Counted from the first letter of the stretch, positions 43,983 to 54,076 are shown. The stretch is DNA of 64,000 nt from Verrucomicrobiota bacterium (GCA_041167675.1 JBEEIB010000146.1:2935-66934), one strand, 5' to 3'. Notes: generated from the letters alone by a model not told the origin. Numbers and translations are program-made.

Positions 43983-45317
43983 ATGAGCATCAGAAGCATA
44001 GTGTCAACCTTGGAGCAGTTGGGAGCGTCTCCTCGTAAGTCGTTCGGGCAGAATTTCTTGCATGACAAAAACATGGCCAAATGGATCGTGGGTCAACTCG
44101 CTATTCAGGTCGGCGACCATATCGTGGAAATTGGTCCTGGCTTGGGGGCTTTGACGGCAAATTTTAGCCAATCAGGGGTGTCGGCAACTCTGCTGGAAAA
44201 AGACAAGCTTTTTGCGGAATTCGTTGAGAACACCTTCTCCGGCGACCGGATTCGGGTGGTAAAAGGAGATGCGCTTGAATGCGATGTCCGCGACTTTTTC
44301 CCTCTCGGAACGGTGAAAGCGGTCGGGAATCTGCCGTACTACGCCTCTACGCCGATCCTATTTCATTTTACTGCCGATCCTTCGCCTTTCGAGCGTCTGG
44401 TTTTTACGCTCCAACGAGAGGTGGCTGACCGCCTGGTCGCCACTCCCGAGACTAAAGAGTACGGAGCAATCAGCGTTTTGTTGCAAGCCAGGTGGAATAT
44501 CACCCGGCTTCGAGTGCTTGCTCCTGCACTTTTTTTCCCGCGCCCCCAAGTCGATTCGGCGGTTATCCGGCTCCTGCGCAAACCCGCACATGAAATGCCG
44601 GAAATAGATTGGCCGCGCTTCAGCCGATTAGTAAAAACCGGGTTCGGAGAACGGAGAAAACAGCTGCGAAAGAATCTAACTAAGCTCTTTCCGATCGATG
44701 CATTAGAGAACGCATTCACCGTCACCGGTTTGAGTTCGTCTTGCCGAGCAGAGGAGCTCTCGGGAAGGAAATGGTTTGAACTGGCGCATGAACTATTCCC
44801 CTCATTTGGGGAAGGATCTCATCCCACAGAAAAGCTGGTCTTAGTTGATGATTCTGACCGACCGATGGGAGCTGCAGATCGTCAAGCGATTCACAATCAA
44901 GGGTTACGGCATCGAGCTGTGCACTTGTTCATTGTCAATCGGGATCACGAGCTATTCTTGCAAAAACGTTCCTGGCGCAAAGATCAACATGCTCGTATTT
45001 GGGATTCGAGTGCGGCCGGCCACGTTGACGCCGGAGAGTCTTATGATGACTGCGCCAGTCGAGAATTATCCGAAGAGCTAGGCATATCTGCTGATCTCGA
45101 GCGAATTGGAGCCATTGCCGCATCTGACAAGACCGGCCAAGAATTCATCTCGATTTATCGAGGAAGCCATGACGGACCGATTCGGTACAACGCTCTGGAA
45201 ATTGAAACCGGTGGTTTTTTTAGACTGGGAACGATCGATGTCTGGATAGAGAAACGGCCGGAGGATTTTGCGCCAGGATTCCTCGAGTGTTATCGCACGG
45301 TTCGGGCAAGCTTGTAG
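43983..45317 (+). CDS. rsmA: Fusion of the 16S rRNA dimethyladenosine transferase RsmA/KsgA with a C-terminal Nudix (Idi-like) hydrolase domain
   Basis: The N-terminal 270 aa or so read KSFGQNFLHD...VEIGPGLGALT...GNLPYYASTPILF...RAEELS. After a short linker comes VLVDDSDRPMG...LRHRAVHLFIVN with the intact Nudix box GHVDAGESYDDCASRELSEELGI. It is a single uninterrupted 444-aa ORF. Confidence 0.85.
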   Translation: MSIRSIVSTLEQLGASPRKSFGQNFLHDKNMAKWIVGQLAIQVGDHIVEIGPGLGALTANFSQSGVSATLLEKDKLFAEFVENTFSGDRIRVVKGDALECDVRDFFPLGTVKAVGNLPYYASTPILFHFTADPSPFERLVFTLQREVADRLVATPETKEYGAISVLLQARWNITRLRVLAPALFFPRPQVDSAVIRLLRKPAHEMPEIDWPRFSRLVKTGFGERRKQLRKNLTKLFPIDALENAFTVTGLSSSCRAEELSGRKWFELAHELFPSFGEGSHPTEKLVLVDDSDRPMGAADRQAIHNQGLRHRAVHLFIVNRDHELFLQKRSWRKDQHARIWDSSAAGHVDAGESYDDCASRELSEELGISADLERIGAIAASDKTGQEFISIYRGSHDGPIRYNALEIETGGFFRLGTIDVWIEKRPEDFAPGFLECYRTVRASL

Positions 45318-45396
45318 AACGCCGGTAGCGCCGAGAACTGCAGATGGTAAGAACTGAGAGGTGATTAGTGAGAGGGAGGTGGATGATAGATTGGAG

Positions 45397-45432
45397 CGCC
45401 GACACGCCGACACGCCGACAACGCCGACACGC
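45397..45432. repeat. Tandem octamer-type microrepeat (CGCCGACA)n abutting the xfp stop codon
   Basis: The sequence is CGCCGACACGCCGACACGCCGACAACGCCGACACGCC. Confidence 0.6.
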
Positions 45433-47859
45433 CTAGCACGGCCACTTCCAGTCTACGATCTCCGGTTTATCGGTACCGTATTCGTAGGCGTAATTGCGGC
45501 AGGCGATCTGTTCGTTTCTGAAATTATCCTTGGCATGCGCCCCGGCCACCTTAAGGCTCGGCACCCGATCAATCGCTTCGATTGCGATACTGAAGCGGTC
45601 GATTCCGTTGCGAATCGCCAGCTCGAAAGGTGTGTCGATGCTGCCCTTTTCCTGATAACCCCGCACGTGCAGATTGTCGTGATTATGGCGGCGGTAAGTG
45701 AGGCGATGAATCATCCAAGGATAGGCGTGGAAATTAAAGATGACTGGCTTATCGAGGGTGAACAAGCTATCAAAGTCGCGATCAGATAAACCGTGGGGAT
45801 GGTCGGTCTCCGGCTGCAGCCGGAAGAGATCCACTACGTTGATGAATCGGATTTTCAAAGCTGAAAACTCGTTCCGCAACAAAGCAGTCGCGGCCAGACC
45901 TTCCTGAGTCGGAATATCTCCGGCGGTTGCGATCACGACATCGGGTTCTGCGCCTTGGTCATTGCTAGCCCAGTCCCACAGTCCAATCCCTTTGGTGCAG
46001 TGCATGATGGCCGCCTCCATGTTCAGATACTGGAGATGGAGCTGTTTGTCGCAAACGATCACATTGATGTAATTCTTACTTCGCAGGCAATGATCAGCGA
46101 CAGATAACAAGGTATTGGCGTCAGGTGGCAGGTAGATGCGGGTTACGGCCGGACTTTTGTTGGCGACGATATCGAGAAAGCCGGGATCTTGATGAGTAAA
46201 GCCGTTATGGTCCTGCCGCCAGACGGTGGAGGTGATCAGCAGATTTAGCGATGGAATCGGCGCGCGCCACGAGAGCCCGTTACATTTCTCCAGCCACTTG
46301 GCGTGTTGGTTAACCATCGAGTCAATCACATGGACGAATGATTCGTAAGTGGCGAAGAAGCCGTGGCGCCCGCTGAGAAGGTAACCTTCCAACCAACCCT
46401 CGAGAGTATGTTCGCTGAGCATTTCCATGACCCGTCCATCCGGTCCCAGCTCTCCGCCATCGAGGTCTTCCGGAAGATATTCTTCCAGCCAAGTCTTCTT
46501 AGCTGCTTCATAAATCGCAGCCAGCTTGTTTGAGGTGGTCTCGTCAGGACCAAAAACTCGAAACTTGTCCGCATTTTCCTTCATCACATCGCGGAGGAAA
46601 ACTCCCAAAATAGATGTGTTGGATACTTCTATTTGAGCGGGCTTCGAAATTTCGACCCGATGATCACGGAAATCCGGCAGACGCAGACTAAGTCTAAAGA
46701 CTCCTCCGTTGGCATGTGGGTTGGAGCCCATGCGGCGATTGCCGTGCGGACTTAGCTCTCTCAATTGGGGTATCAGCTGACCGTTCTCGTCAAAAAGCTC
46801 TTCCGGTCGATAGCTCCGCATCCATTGCTCCAGCAACTGCAAGTGTTTGGGGTTCTTTGCTATATCCTCGATCGGAATCTGGTGGGCGCGCCAGAAGCCT
46901 TCCAATTTGTGTCCATCGACTTCCGCGGGTGCCGTCCAGCCTTTTGGCGAGCGTAGAATAACTACCGGCCAGCGAGAAAAGGTAGCTACTCCCGTGGTCC
47001 GAGTCTTCCGCTGAATGTCTCGGATTTCTTCAACGCATTCGTCCAATGTCGCTGCCATCGCTTGGTGCATGCTGTCGTGCTCCGAGCCTTCGACAAAGTA
47101 CGGTTTGTAACCGTAGCCAACAAAGAGTTGCTCAAGGTCCTCGTGCTTGATTCGCGCCAGGATCGTCGGGTTGTTTATCTTGTAGCCGTTCAGGTGAAGA
47201 ATTGGTAGGACCGCTCCATCCCTAATCGGATTGAGAAACTTGTTGGAATGCCAGGAAGTAGCCAAGGGTCCAGTTTCAGATTCACCGTCCCCCACCACGC
47301 AAGCGGTGATCAGATCCGGATTGTCAAACACCGTTCCGAAAGCATGGGAGAGACTATAACCTAACTCGCCTCCTTCGTGAATAGAGCCGGGTGTTTCTGG
47401 GGTACAATGGCTGCCGATGCCTCCGGGGAACGAAAACTGTCGGAAGAACTTTTTCATCCCTTCTGCGTCTTCGCTCTTATCTGGGTAGATTTCAGAATAG
47501 CTTCCGTCGAGATATACCGGCGCGAGGACCCCGGGCGCGCCATGTCCGGGACCCGACACATACATCATGTTCAAATCGTATTTCCTGATCACGCGATTCA
47601 GATGTGTCCAGATAAAGGATTGCCCCGGACTCGATCCCCAATGGCCCAATAAGCGGCGCTTAATATGCTCGATCTGGAGCGGTTCTCTGAGCAACGGGTT
47701 ACTTCGCAGATAAAGCATTCCAAGGATAAGATAACAACAAGCCCGCCAATACGCGTGCATGTTGTGGAGTTCTTCTGGGCTTAGAGGAGTTCCTTGAGCG
47801 GTGGCTCTCGCAGGACCGAATGCGCTAATGGTGTCTAAGTTGGGTGTGGCGGTAACCAT
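45433..47859 (-). CDS. xfp: Phosphoketolase (xylulose-5-P/fructose-6-P phosphoketolase)
   Basis: An 808-aa intact [54 protein letters not shown] and [12 protein letters not shown] are diagnostic XFP motifs. Confidence 0.9.
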   Translation of the reverse strand: MVTATPNLDTISAFGPARATAQGTPLSPEELHNMHAYWRACCYLILGMLYLRSNPLLREPLQIEHIKRRLLGHWGSSPGQSFIWTHLNRVIRKYDLNMMYVSGPGHGAPGVLAPVYLDGSYSEIYPDKSEDAEGMKKFFRQFSFPGGIGSHCTPETPGSIHEGGELGYSLSHAFGTVFDNPDLITACVVGDGESETGPLATSWHSNKFLNPIRDGAVLPILHLNGYKINNPTILARIKHEDLEQLFVGYGYKPYFVEGSEHDSMHQAMAATLDECVEEIRDIQRKTRTTGVATFSRWPVVILRSPKGWTAPAEVDGHKLEGFWRAHQIPIEDIAKNPKHLQLLEQWMRSYRPEELFDENGQLIPQLRELSPHGNRRMGSNPHANGGVFRLSLRLPDFRDHRVEISKPAQIEVSNTSILGVFLRDVMKENADKFRVFGPDETTSNKLAAIYEAAKKTWLEEYLPEDLDGGELGPDGRVMEMLSEHTLEGWLEGYLLSGRHGFFATYESFVHVIDSMVNQHAKWLEKCNGLSWRAPIPSLNLLITSTVWRQDHNGFTHQDPGFLDIVANKSPAVTRIYLPPDANTLLSVADHCLRSKNYINVIVCDKQLHLQYLNMEAAIMHCTKGIGLWDWASNDQGAEPDVVIATAGDIPTQEGLAATALLRNEFSALKIRFINVVDLFRLQPETDHPHGLSDRDFDSLFTLDKPVIFNFHAYPWMIHRLTYRRHNHDNLHVRGYQEKGSIDTPFELAIRNGIDRFSIAIEAIDRVPSLKVAGAHAKDNFRNEQIACRNYAYEYGTDKPEIVDWKWPC

Positions 47860-47956
47860 AGTTTCGCTTTCACAGGAATTTGATATTCGGTAGCGAGGAA
47901 AAACTCCGTAGCCAGGTTCGCATTGGAGCGCTAATTCGCTTGTGCAAATATGTCGG

Positions 47957-48634
47957 TTAGGACGAGATCATCTCTCCGTGACCGCCGATTGCGATCGAAG
48001 CCCTTGGTTCGGCTTTGCGGTGGTCCTGCGTGGAGTCCGTCCAATCGGACTTCAGCAGGCTGTAGACTTCCAAATCGACAAATCGATCGCCGAGCCATTC
48101 CGCCTCGCGAAGAATTCCCTCGTGGCGGAACTGCAACCGAATACAAACGGCGCGGCTGGCCTGATTTTCCGGCGCGATGCGGACCTCAATCCGATTGAGA
48201 TTCAAGTACTTGAAGCCCAATTGAATCAAGGCGCGAACAGCGCCAGTCATATAACCATTTCCGGTGTGGGTTTGTGCTAACCAATAGCCGACCGTACTGC
48301 TGCGGTGGAAGTGATCAATGGCATTAAACGCAATAACGCCGATGATTTCCTTCCGAAGCGTGATAGTACAGTGAACCGCCCGCAGCGACGCCTGTTCTTC
48401 AATTGCGTGTCGGATGAACAAAGAGGAATCGTTCGGTGTGCGAGTAGCGTCTACCCATGGCAACCATCGTACGAGATGCGCGCGGTTGCGGTCGGTCACC
48501 GCGAAGAGCTCTTCCGCGTCTTGTTCTTGGAGGGTGCGAAGCAGGAGATCCGGGAACTCAGTCGGATACGGCCATAAACCGGAAGGCTCATTTGATGCAG
48601 GCGTCACAGTTGGATGAGAGGAGCCAAGAAACAT
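47957..48634 (-). CDS. GNAT N-acetyltransferase (RimJ/RimL-like)
   Basis: [14 protein letters not shown]...[27 protein letters not shown]...[33 protein letters not shown] is present. Confidence 0.8.
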   Translation of the reverse strand: MFLGSSHPTVTPASNEPSGLWPYPTEFPDLLLRTLQEQDAEELFAVTDRNRAHLVRWLPWVDATRTPNDSSLFIRHAIEEQASLRAVHCTITLRKEIIGVIAFNAIDHFHRSSTVGYWLAQTHTGNGYMTGAVRALIQLGFKYLNLNRIEVRIAPENQASRAVCIRLQFRHEGILREAEWLGDRFVDLEVYSLLKSDWTDSTQDHRKAEPRASIAIGGHGEMISS

Positions 48635-48755
48635 GGCTCCTTTTTAGCGGAAGCAAAGAATTTCCGTAGCGAAATCTGCGTCGATTGGGCTGAAGCGAAG
48701 CGGCGCTAGAATTGGCGGAGCCCATGACAGTTGACTCATCTGAGATCCGAGCGAT

Positions 48756-49495
48756 TTGAATCGCGATCCCTTTTGGTGCCTCTATGCTTTGGGTGATCTC
48801 GACCCGCACGAATATCCGCTCTGTGATTGGCGGGTAAAAGGCGGACCGCAGGAGGCGGTAGTGCTGTTGTATCACGGGTTTAGCGTTCCAGTGCTTTTCG
48901 CCGTTGGTCAGCCGGCCGATGTGGAAGCGCTTCTACGCGCGGGACCGATACCGGCTAAGGTCTATCGCCATGTCCGGCCGGATGTCACTTCAATTGTTCG
49001 CGCTCATTACGAGCTGCTGGAGACTCACCCGATGGCACGAATGATTTTTCGGGGCAAGATTAATAGTAAATCGAACAATGTGCACCGGCTGACTGAACTC
49101 GACGTCCGAGGTTGATCAAACTGTACCCTGAACGGCGGGCCGGTATAGACGGCGGCGTGTTTTTTGACCCGATCATGGTTCGTCGTGGATGTTATTACGG
49201 GGTTTGAGAGAGCGGCCATTTAGTTGCGGCCGCCGGTACTCATTTGGTCAATGAGTTGCAGGGTGTCGCTGGTGTCGGCAACGTTTTTTGCCATCCTTCT
49301 CACCGTGGCAAGGGAATGGGACGCGCAGTCTTTGCCGCGGTAGTGAAGGAACTTTCCGACCGCGGCATCACGACTATCGGATTGAATGTTGGCCCCGACA
49401 ACGAAGCCGCTCGTGGTCTCTATCAAAGCTTAGGGTTCGTGGATTACTGCATCTACGAAGAAGGTCCGGCCACCAGGCTAATGATTAGAGGGTGA
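48756..49495 (+). pseudogene. GNAT acetyltransferase (FR47-like) disrupted by one frameshift and one in-frame TGA
   Basis: The 48756..49115 frame ends at ..LTELDVRG*. A shift at the TT at 49112-49113 gives LIKLYPERRAGIDGGVFFDPIMVRRGCYYGV, followed by a TGA at 49205-49207. In the same frame it continues ESGHLVAAAGTHLVNELQGVAGVGNVFCHPSHRGKGMG... to 49495. Confidence 0.75.
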
Positions 49496-49574
49496 TCGGT
49501 GAACACCTATCGACAAACCTCTCTCCGTCTCCCTCACTACGCCTCTCACCAGGCACGTTCGCTGGATCGCTGGA

Positions 49575-50270
49575 CTACTCATTGATCATGATCCCGAAAT
49601 GCCTCTTGAAGGCCATTCTGCCGTTTCCGGTGATTGTCACGACGCGAGAACCAACTTCTTGCTTGATCCACTCCCGCTTGCGAAAAAGATCAAGCAGAGC
49701 TGCTCCGGCGGTTCCGGCGACATGGAATTTGCGTTCGGTCCAATCGAGACACTTGCGCACAAGGGGTCGCTTACGGTTGGCGCTCAAACTATTCAAATCG
49801 ATCCCCAGGTCCTCGAACCAACGCTCTCCTCGGGGCGTGACACGAAAGCTATCGTCTACCGGCGCAAAGAGCTTACGTTCCTGCAGTGACTCACAAATCT
49901 GCACCCCCACCTTGCCGGCGAGATGATCGTAGCATGTCCGCGCCATACGAATGGGAACAATTGAACCGTCCGCTGGTGGTTGAAGCGGTCGAAGCGCATT
50001 ACACAATGTACCCATTGCCTCAAGGGCAGCCGCCACGTCAGGACCGGCCAAACTGTAGTAACGGTGCCGTCCGAACCGACTCATCGTGACCAGACGCCCG
50101 CCCAAAAGCTTTCCCAGATGCATGCTTGCCGCCTGGGCGGAGACTCTGGCTCTGAAGGCCAGCTCCGAGGCGGGAAGACTTCGGCCATCCAGCAGCGCTA
50201 CGAGGATGGCGACTCTCGTTGGATCGGCGAATAAAGAGGCGGTTTCGGCGATTGGATATTTGCCTTCCAT
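49575..50270 (-). CDS. ArsR/SmtB-family winged-helix regulator with an extended C-terminal domain
   Basis: LFADPTRVAILVALLDGRSLPASELAFRARVSAQAASMHLGKLLGGRLV...GRHRYYSL is present. Confidence 0.8.
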   Translation of the reverse strand: MEGKYPIAETASLFADPTRVAILVALLDGRSLPASELAFRARVSAQAASMHLGKLLGGRLVTMSRFGRHRYYSLAGPDVAAALEAMGTLCNALRPLQPPADGSIVPIRMARTCYDHLAGKVGVQICESLQERKLFAPVDDSFRVTPRGERWFEDLGIDLNSLSANRKRPLVRKCLDWTERKFHVAGTAGAALLDLFRKREWIKQEVGSRVVTITGNGRMAFKRHFGIMINE

Positions 50271-50389
50271 ATTTCAACTAATGCTGAAATATGAATCGTT
50301 GCCAGGCAAATGCAAATAGCAGGATGGCAGCGGAGACAATCCGGATGCACACCCAGTTTCCCGGCGATGGCGGTGTTCTCGGCGTTGTT

Positions 50390-50863
50390 TCAGTCGAAAA
50401 CAAATTCGATCCAATCGCCGATCGAGTCATAGCCGGTCTCGCCTGAGCGCCAGCCGAGGTGCCTATAAAACTCGCACGCGTTCCGGTTTCGTCGCTGGCA
50501 CTTTAGTCTTGCCGGACGGCCAATTTGAGCCAACGCGTGGTTGAGCAAGGCTTTTCCAATGCCGCGACGATGTCGTTCCGGCAAAACATATAAGTGGTGG
50601 ATGAAATGCTCAGGGAACCAGATTCCGATGAATCCCACGATCCCGCGATTGAGTTCCTCTGCAACCGCCACGAATTCTCCCTTGATGTCGGCCGAAAAAT
50701 CTTTCGGGCGGAACTTTTTGGGATCGATCCAATAAAAAGCGGTCGCTCGAGTAATCTGATAAATCATTTGGCAGATCTCGAGATCCGAAGTTGGATCGAA
50801 ACTGCGAATGTGAACTTGAGCACGTTGGCTGGCATCCACATCGAGCTGACCAGAATCGCTCAT
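50390..50863 (-). CDS. GNAT N-acetyltransferase
   Basis: HHLYVLPERHRRGIGKALLNHAL...NACEFYRHLGW is the acetyl-CoA binding motif A. Confidence 0.8.
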   Translation of the reverse strand: MSDSGQLDVDASQRAQVHIRSFDPTSDLEICQMIYQITRATAFYWIDPKKFRPKDFSADIKGEFVAVAEELNRGIVGFIGIWFPEHFIHHLYVLPERHRRGIGKALLNHALAQIGRPARLKCQRRNRNACEFYRHLGWRSGETGYDSIGDWIEFVFD

Positions 50864-51120
50864 GTCTGAGACCTATCCCTGCTCGCGCCCGGGACGCAAG
50901 GACTAGCACACGAAGAAAAGATGCAATCGTGGAGCGTGCCGGCGTCTCATCCGCAGAATCTGACCGTGAATACGATGTCTGCTCCGTTTTACCGGATTGT
51001 TTGGTGGTTGGCGATTGCGCTCTTCGTTTCGTTTTTTCTCAGTGTCAGTATCGGACGAAGCCTCGCCTGAGGATTCCGCGAAAATCGACTCCGCTGAATG
51101 ATATTTCCTCGCTCAGCGAT

Positions 51121-51145
51121 GAGTGCGCAGCGTGGCTGCGCACTC
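51121..51145 (-). terminator. Perfect 11-bp hairpin downstream of the RRM gene (possible terminator or stabiliser, no T-tract)
   Basis: The sequence is GAGTGCGCAGC-GTG-GCTGCGCACTC. Confidence 0.35.
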
Positions 51146-51161
51146 AGATTGATGGTGTGAA

Positions 51162-51458
51162 TTAGCGTCGGGGACGGCTGAAGGTATTCTGCCGAGAACC
51201 CGATCGTGGGGCATCCGTTTTCGGACGGGCTTCATTGACCGCAATATTGCGACCGGCAAAATCCTTTCCGTCAAGAGCGGTTATAGCCGCTTGCGCTTCG
51301 CTAGCATTACCCATGGTAACGAATGCGAATCCGCGCGACCGGCCAGTAGCTCGATCGGTGACGAGGCCTACTTCGGCCACGGTACCGTACTGAGAGAACA
51401 AATCTTCAAGGTCGTTTTCCGTGGTAGAGAACGAGAGATTTCCTACAAACAATTTCAT
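51162..51458 (-). CDS. RRM-type RNA-binding protein
   Basis: MKLFVGNLSF (RNP2) and RGFAFVTM (RNP1) are present, with a basic Arg/Ser-rich tail. Confidence 0.9.
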   Translation of the reverse strand: MKLFVGNLSFSTTENDLEDLFSQYGTVAEVGLVTDRATGRSRGFAFVTMGNASEAQAAITALDGKDFAGRNIAVNEARPKTDAPRSGSRQNTFSRPRR

Positions 51459-51768
51459 AACAATTGAGAACGAATGTCAGGGTCAGAGCCGTACCCGCTC
51501 ATCGGGCTTCAAATCACCACTGAGTTATCTCAACTGACGATCTTCCGTGCTACGATCAAAACAAACGCGCAGGACCTAATCGGAGAAAAACGACTATGAT
51601 GCAACCGAAAAAGTCGGAATTGGTTGGTGGGGTCGCAATATTCTGGAAGCCGAAAGTCATTCCTTACGCTCGGCAGATTAAAAGCGTTTATGCTTCTATT
51701 CGAGTTACTTACGACGAATGGGCAAATATGTTTGAATATGATCGGGCAAAGGCCCGTCTCACTCGCCA

Positions 51769-52236
51769 ATGACTACGAAAGCTAAATTCCTAGTTGTAGC
51801 TGGAGCCTTGGGTTTGAGTGGAATGGTAGCGGCTTTGGCAGATGATGTTCAGTTTGTCACATTGCCAGAGACAGTCAGAACTGCAGTGATTCGGGAAACT
51901 CGAATCCCCGACGTCTCACGGGTAACCAGGGTCGTGCGCGACGAGAATGGCTTGTATGAAGTCACTGTCCGTCGCGAATCCGATAACGACGTGGTTTATG
52001 TGGATCCGTACGGACGGGTCGTCCGCCAGCAAGCCGTTGGTTTTACCCAACCAGTGAATCGGCAGGTCGTAACCGAGACAGTGACGGAAGATGCTGAATA
52101 TCCGACCGTCGACACATTTGTTCGTTCCTTGGATACCGCTCGATTCCAACTGATCGAGAAGAAGGAGAACAAAGAGGTTTACCTTGATCGACGAACTGGG
52201 AAAAAATGGAAGGTGAAGGTCGAAAGCGACGATTAA
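51769..52236 (+). CDS. Secreted hypothetical protein (PepSY-like repeat pattern)
   Basis: The signal peptide is MTTKAKFLVVAGALGLSGMVAALA. Beta-rich segments end ..YEVTVRRESDNDVVYVDPYGRVV. The gene is followed by a strong terminator. Confidence 0.65.
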   Translation: MTTKAKFLVVAGALGLSGMVAALADDVQFVTLPETVRTAVIRETRIPDVSRVTRVVRDENGLYEVTVRRESDNDVVYVDPYGRVVRQQAVGFTQPVNRQVVTETVTEDAEYPTVDTFVRSLDTARFQLIEKKENKEVYLDRRTGKKWKVKVESDD

Positions 52237-52263
52237 AGCGAGAATTCTTCAAGTTTCTTACCC

Positions 52264-52292
52264 GAGGCAGGCAATTAGCCTGCCTCTTTTTT
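52264..52292 (+). terminator. Rho-independent terminator
   Basis: The sequence is GAGGCAGGC-AATTA-GCCTGCCTC followed by TTTTTT. Confidence 0.8.
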
Positions 52293-52440
52293 GGAAGTAG
52301 GGCGAAACAGTCCGGACGGCTTTGCGTCGTGCGCCGCACAACCCGGTGTTGCATGCCGGGCTGTGAGCCTTCCTGAGTTTTGGCACGCCCACCCTAGCGG
52401 CTCACAGGTCTTCTCGCTGCACTCTACGACCTGTTTCGCC

Positions 52441-52491
52441 CTACCCCCGCTGGCTGGCTACCCCCGCTGGCTGGCTACCCCCGCTGGCTGG
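52441..52491. repeat. Perfect tandem repeat, 17 bp x 3
   Basis: CTACCCCCGCTGGCTGG is repeated three times without mismatch. Confidence 0.9.
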
Positions 52492-52558
52492 CTCGCATCA
52501 ACCGATCTGACGCCAATTCCTCTCTTGCGTGTCCGAGCGCTTGTACGGAAGGTTACCC

Positions 52559-52864
52559 ATGTTCATCGTCCATGTTTTTGCACAGGTAAAACCGGACTGC
52601 ATGGCGGCTTTTTGTGAAGCAACCATTGAAAACGCCCGCCATAGCGTTCAGGAGCCGGGCGTGGTCCGGTTCGATTTTATCCAGCAACGGGACGATCCGT
52701 CGCAGTTTGTACTTGTCGAAGTCTATCGGACCGAAGCAGATACCGTCTCTCATAAGCGGACGGCTCACTACGCGAAGTGGCAGACCACAGTCGAAGAGCT
52801 ATTGGCGCAGCCGCGATCACGCATCTTCTACCAAAATATCTTTCCGGAAGATGAGAATTGGTAA
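52559..52864 (+). CDS. Antibiotic-biosynthesis-monooxygenase (ABM) family protein / putative quinol monooxygenase
   Basis: MFIVHVFAQVKPDCMAAFCEATIENARHSVQEPGVVRFDFIQQRDDPSQFVLVEVYR..HKRTAHY is present. The ATG at 52559 is preceded by GGAAGG. Confidence 0.8.
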   Translation: MFIVHVFAQVKPDCMAAFCEATIENARHSVQEPGVVRFDFIQQRDDPSQFVLVEVYRTEADTVSHKRTAHYAKWQTTVEELLAQPRSRIFYQNIFPEDENW

Positions 52865-52866
52865 AT

Positions 52867-54021
52867 ATGCAGTTTGAATTCGCTACCAGTAGCCGGATTG
52901 CATTTGGCGCCGGTATTCTCCAGCGAGTTAGCGAGTTTCTCGGCGATTTCGGCCCGAGACTTTTGGTAATCGGAGGAAAGGATCGCGACCGGTCTAAACC
53001 GCTGACTGAACAGCTCGACAAGCTAGGAGTCGAGCAGATCGGGTTTCAAGTGGCTGGCGAACCTACCGTCGACTTAATCGATCGCGGAGTTCGCTTGGCG
53101 AGAAATTCTGGTGCGACTGGTGTGGTTGGTTTCGGTGGCGGAAGTGTAATCGATTCCGCTAAGGCGATTGCTGGTCTGGCCACGAACCGGGGCGAAATCG
53201 GCGATTACCTGGAGGTGATCGGTAAGGCGAAGCCGCTCGAAACACCTGCTCTTCCGCTCTGCGCAATTCCGACGACGGCCGGGACAGGAGCGGAGGTGAC
53301 TAAGAACGCCGTCCTCGGTGCCCCGGAACATCGGGTGAAAGTGAGCTTGCGTAGCGCCATTCTATTGCCACGCATTGTTTTGATCGATCCGGAAACGACC
53401 CTACTACTCCCACCGCAAGTAACCGCCTCAACCGGGCTCGACACGCTGACACAGCTGATTGAGCCCTACGTTTCAATTCGTGCGAATCCGATCACTGATA
53501 CATTCTGCCTGTCGGGGATACCCCGGGTTGCGCGGGGGTTGTCTCAGGCGTTTTTTGACGGGCACGATCTTTCCGCGCGCAGCGATATGTCATTGGCGAG
53601 CCTATTTGGCGGTATGGCTTTGGCAAATGCCGGGCTAGGAGCAGTGCATGGATTCGCAGGGCCGATCGGCGGCATGTTTGATGCCCCGCATGGAGCAGTC
53701 TGCGCAGCGTTGCTACCAGACGTCATGGAGATGAACATCCGCGCCTTGCGGCGCCGGATGCCTCAGAGCGACGCTCTTCGCCGTTACGATGCTTTGGGAC
53801 CTTTGCTCTCGAACAAACCAACGGCAAAAGCAGATGATGCCGTAAAGTGGGTGCGTGATCTTTGCCGAACCTTGAACGTTGCGTCGTTAGGTAAGTTTGG
53901 GATCCGGGACGAACACATCAAGGAGTTGGTCGAAAAAGCGCAGCGGGCAAGCAGTATGAAAGCAAATCCCATTTTGCTCGAGGCCGATGAGCTGGCAGAG
54001 ATTCTCAGAGCTGCTCTGTGA
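52867..54021 (+). CDS. Iron-containing alcohol dehydrogenase
   Basis: GFGGGSVIDSAKAIA, IPTTAGTGAEVT and GAVHGFAGPIGGMFDAPHGAVCA are present. Confidence 0.9.
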   Translation: MQFEFATSSRIAFGAGILQRVSEFLGDFGPRLLVIGGKDRDRSKPLTEQLDKLGVEQIGFQVAGEPTVDLIDRGVRLARNSGATGVVGFGGGSVIDSAKAIAGLATNRGEIGDYLEVIGKAKPLETPALPLCAIPTTAGTGAEVTKNAVLGAPEHRVKVSLRSAILLPRIVLIDPETTLLLPPQVTASTGLDTLTQLIEPYVSIRANPITDTFCLSGIPRVARGLSQAFFDGHDLSARSDMSLASLFGGMALANAGLGAVHGFAGPIGGMFDAPHGAVCAALLPDVMEMNIRALRRRMPQSDALRRYDALGPLLSNKPTAKADDAVKWVRDLCRTLNVASLGKFGIRDEHIKELVEKAQRASSMKANPILLEADELAEILRAAL

Positions 54022-54076
54022 AAGAGCGACGAAGGACGCAGGGGACGATCGATAGCTGCTGAGCGATTGTTTGCCA

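Noticed and set aside
49205-49207. In-frame TGA as selenocysteine or other recoding
   Set aside because: I could not recognise a SECIS-like hairpin directly downstream. The position is not a redox-active Cys context, and the same gene also carries a frameshift. A nonsense mutation is the simpler reading.
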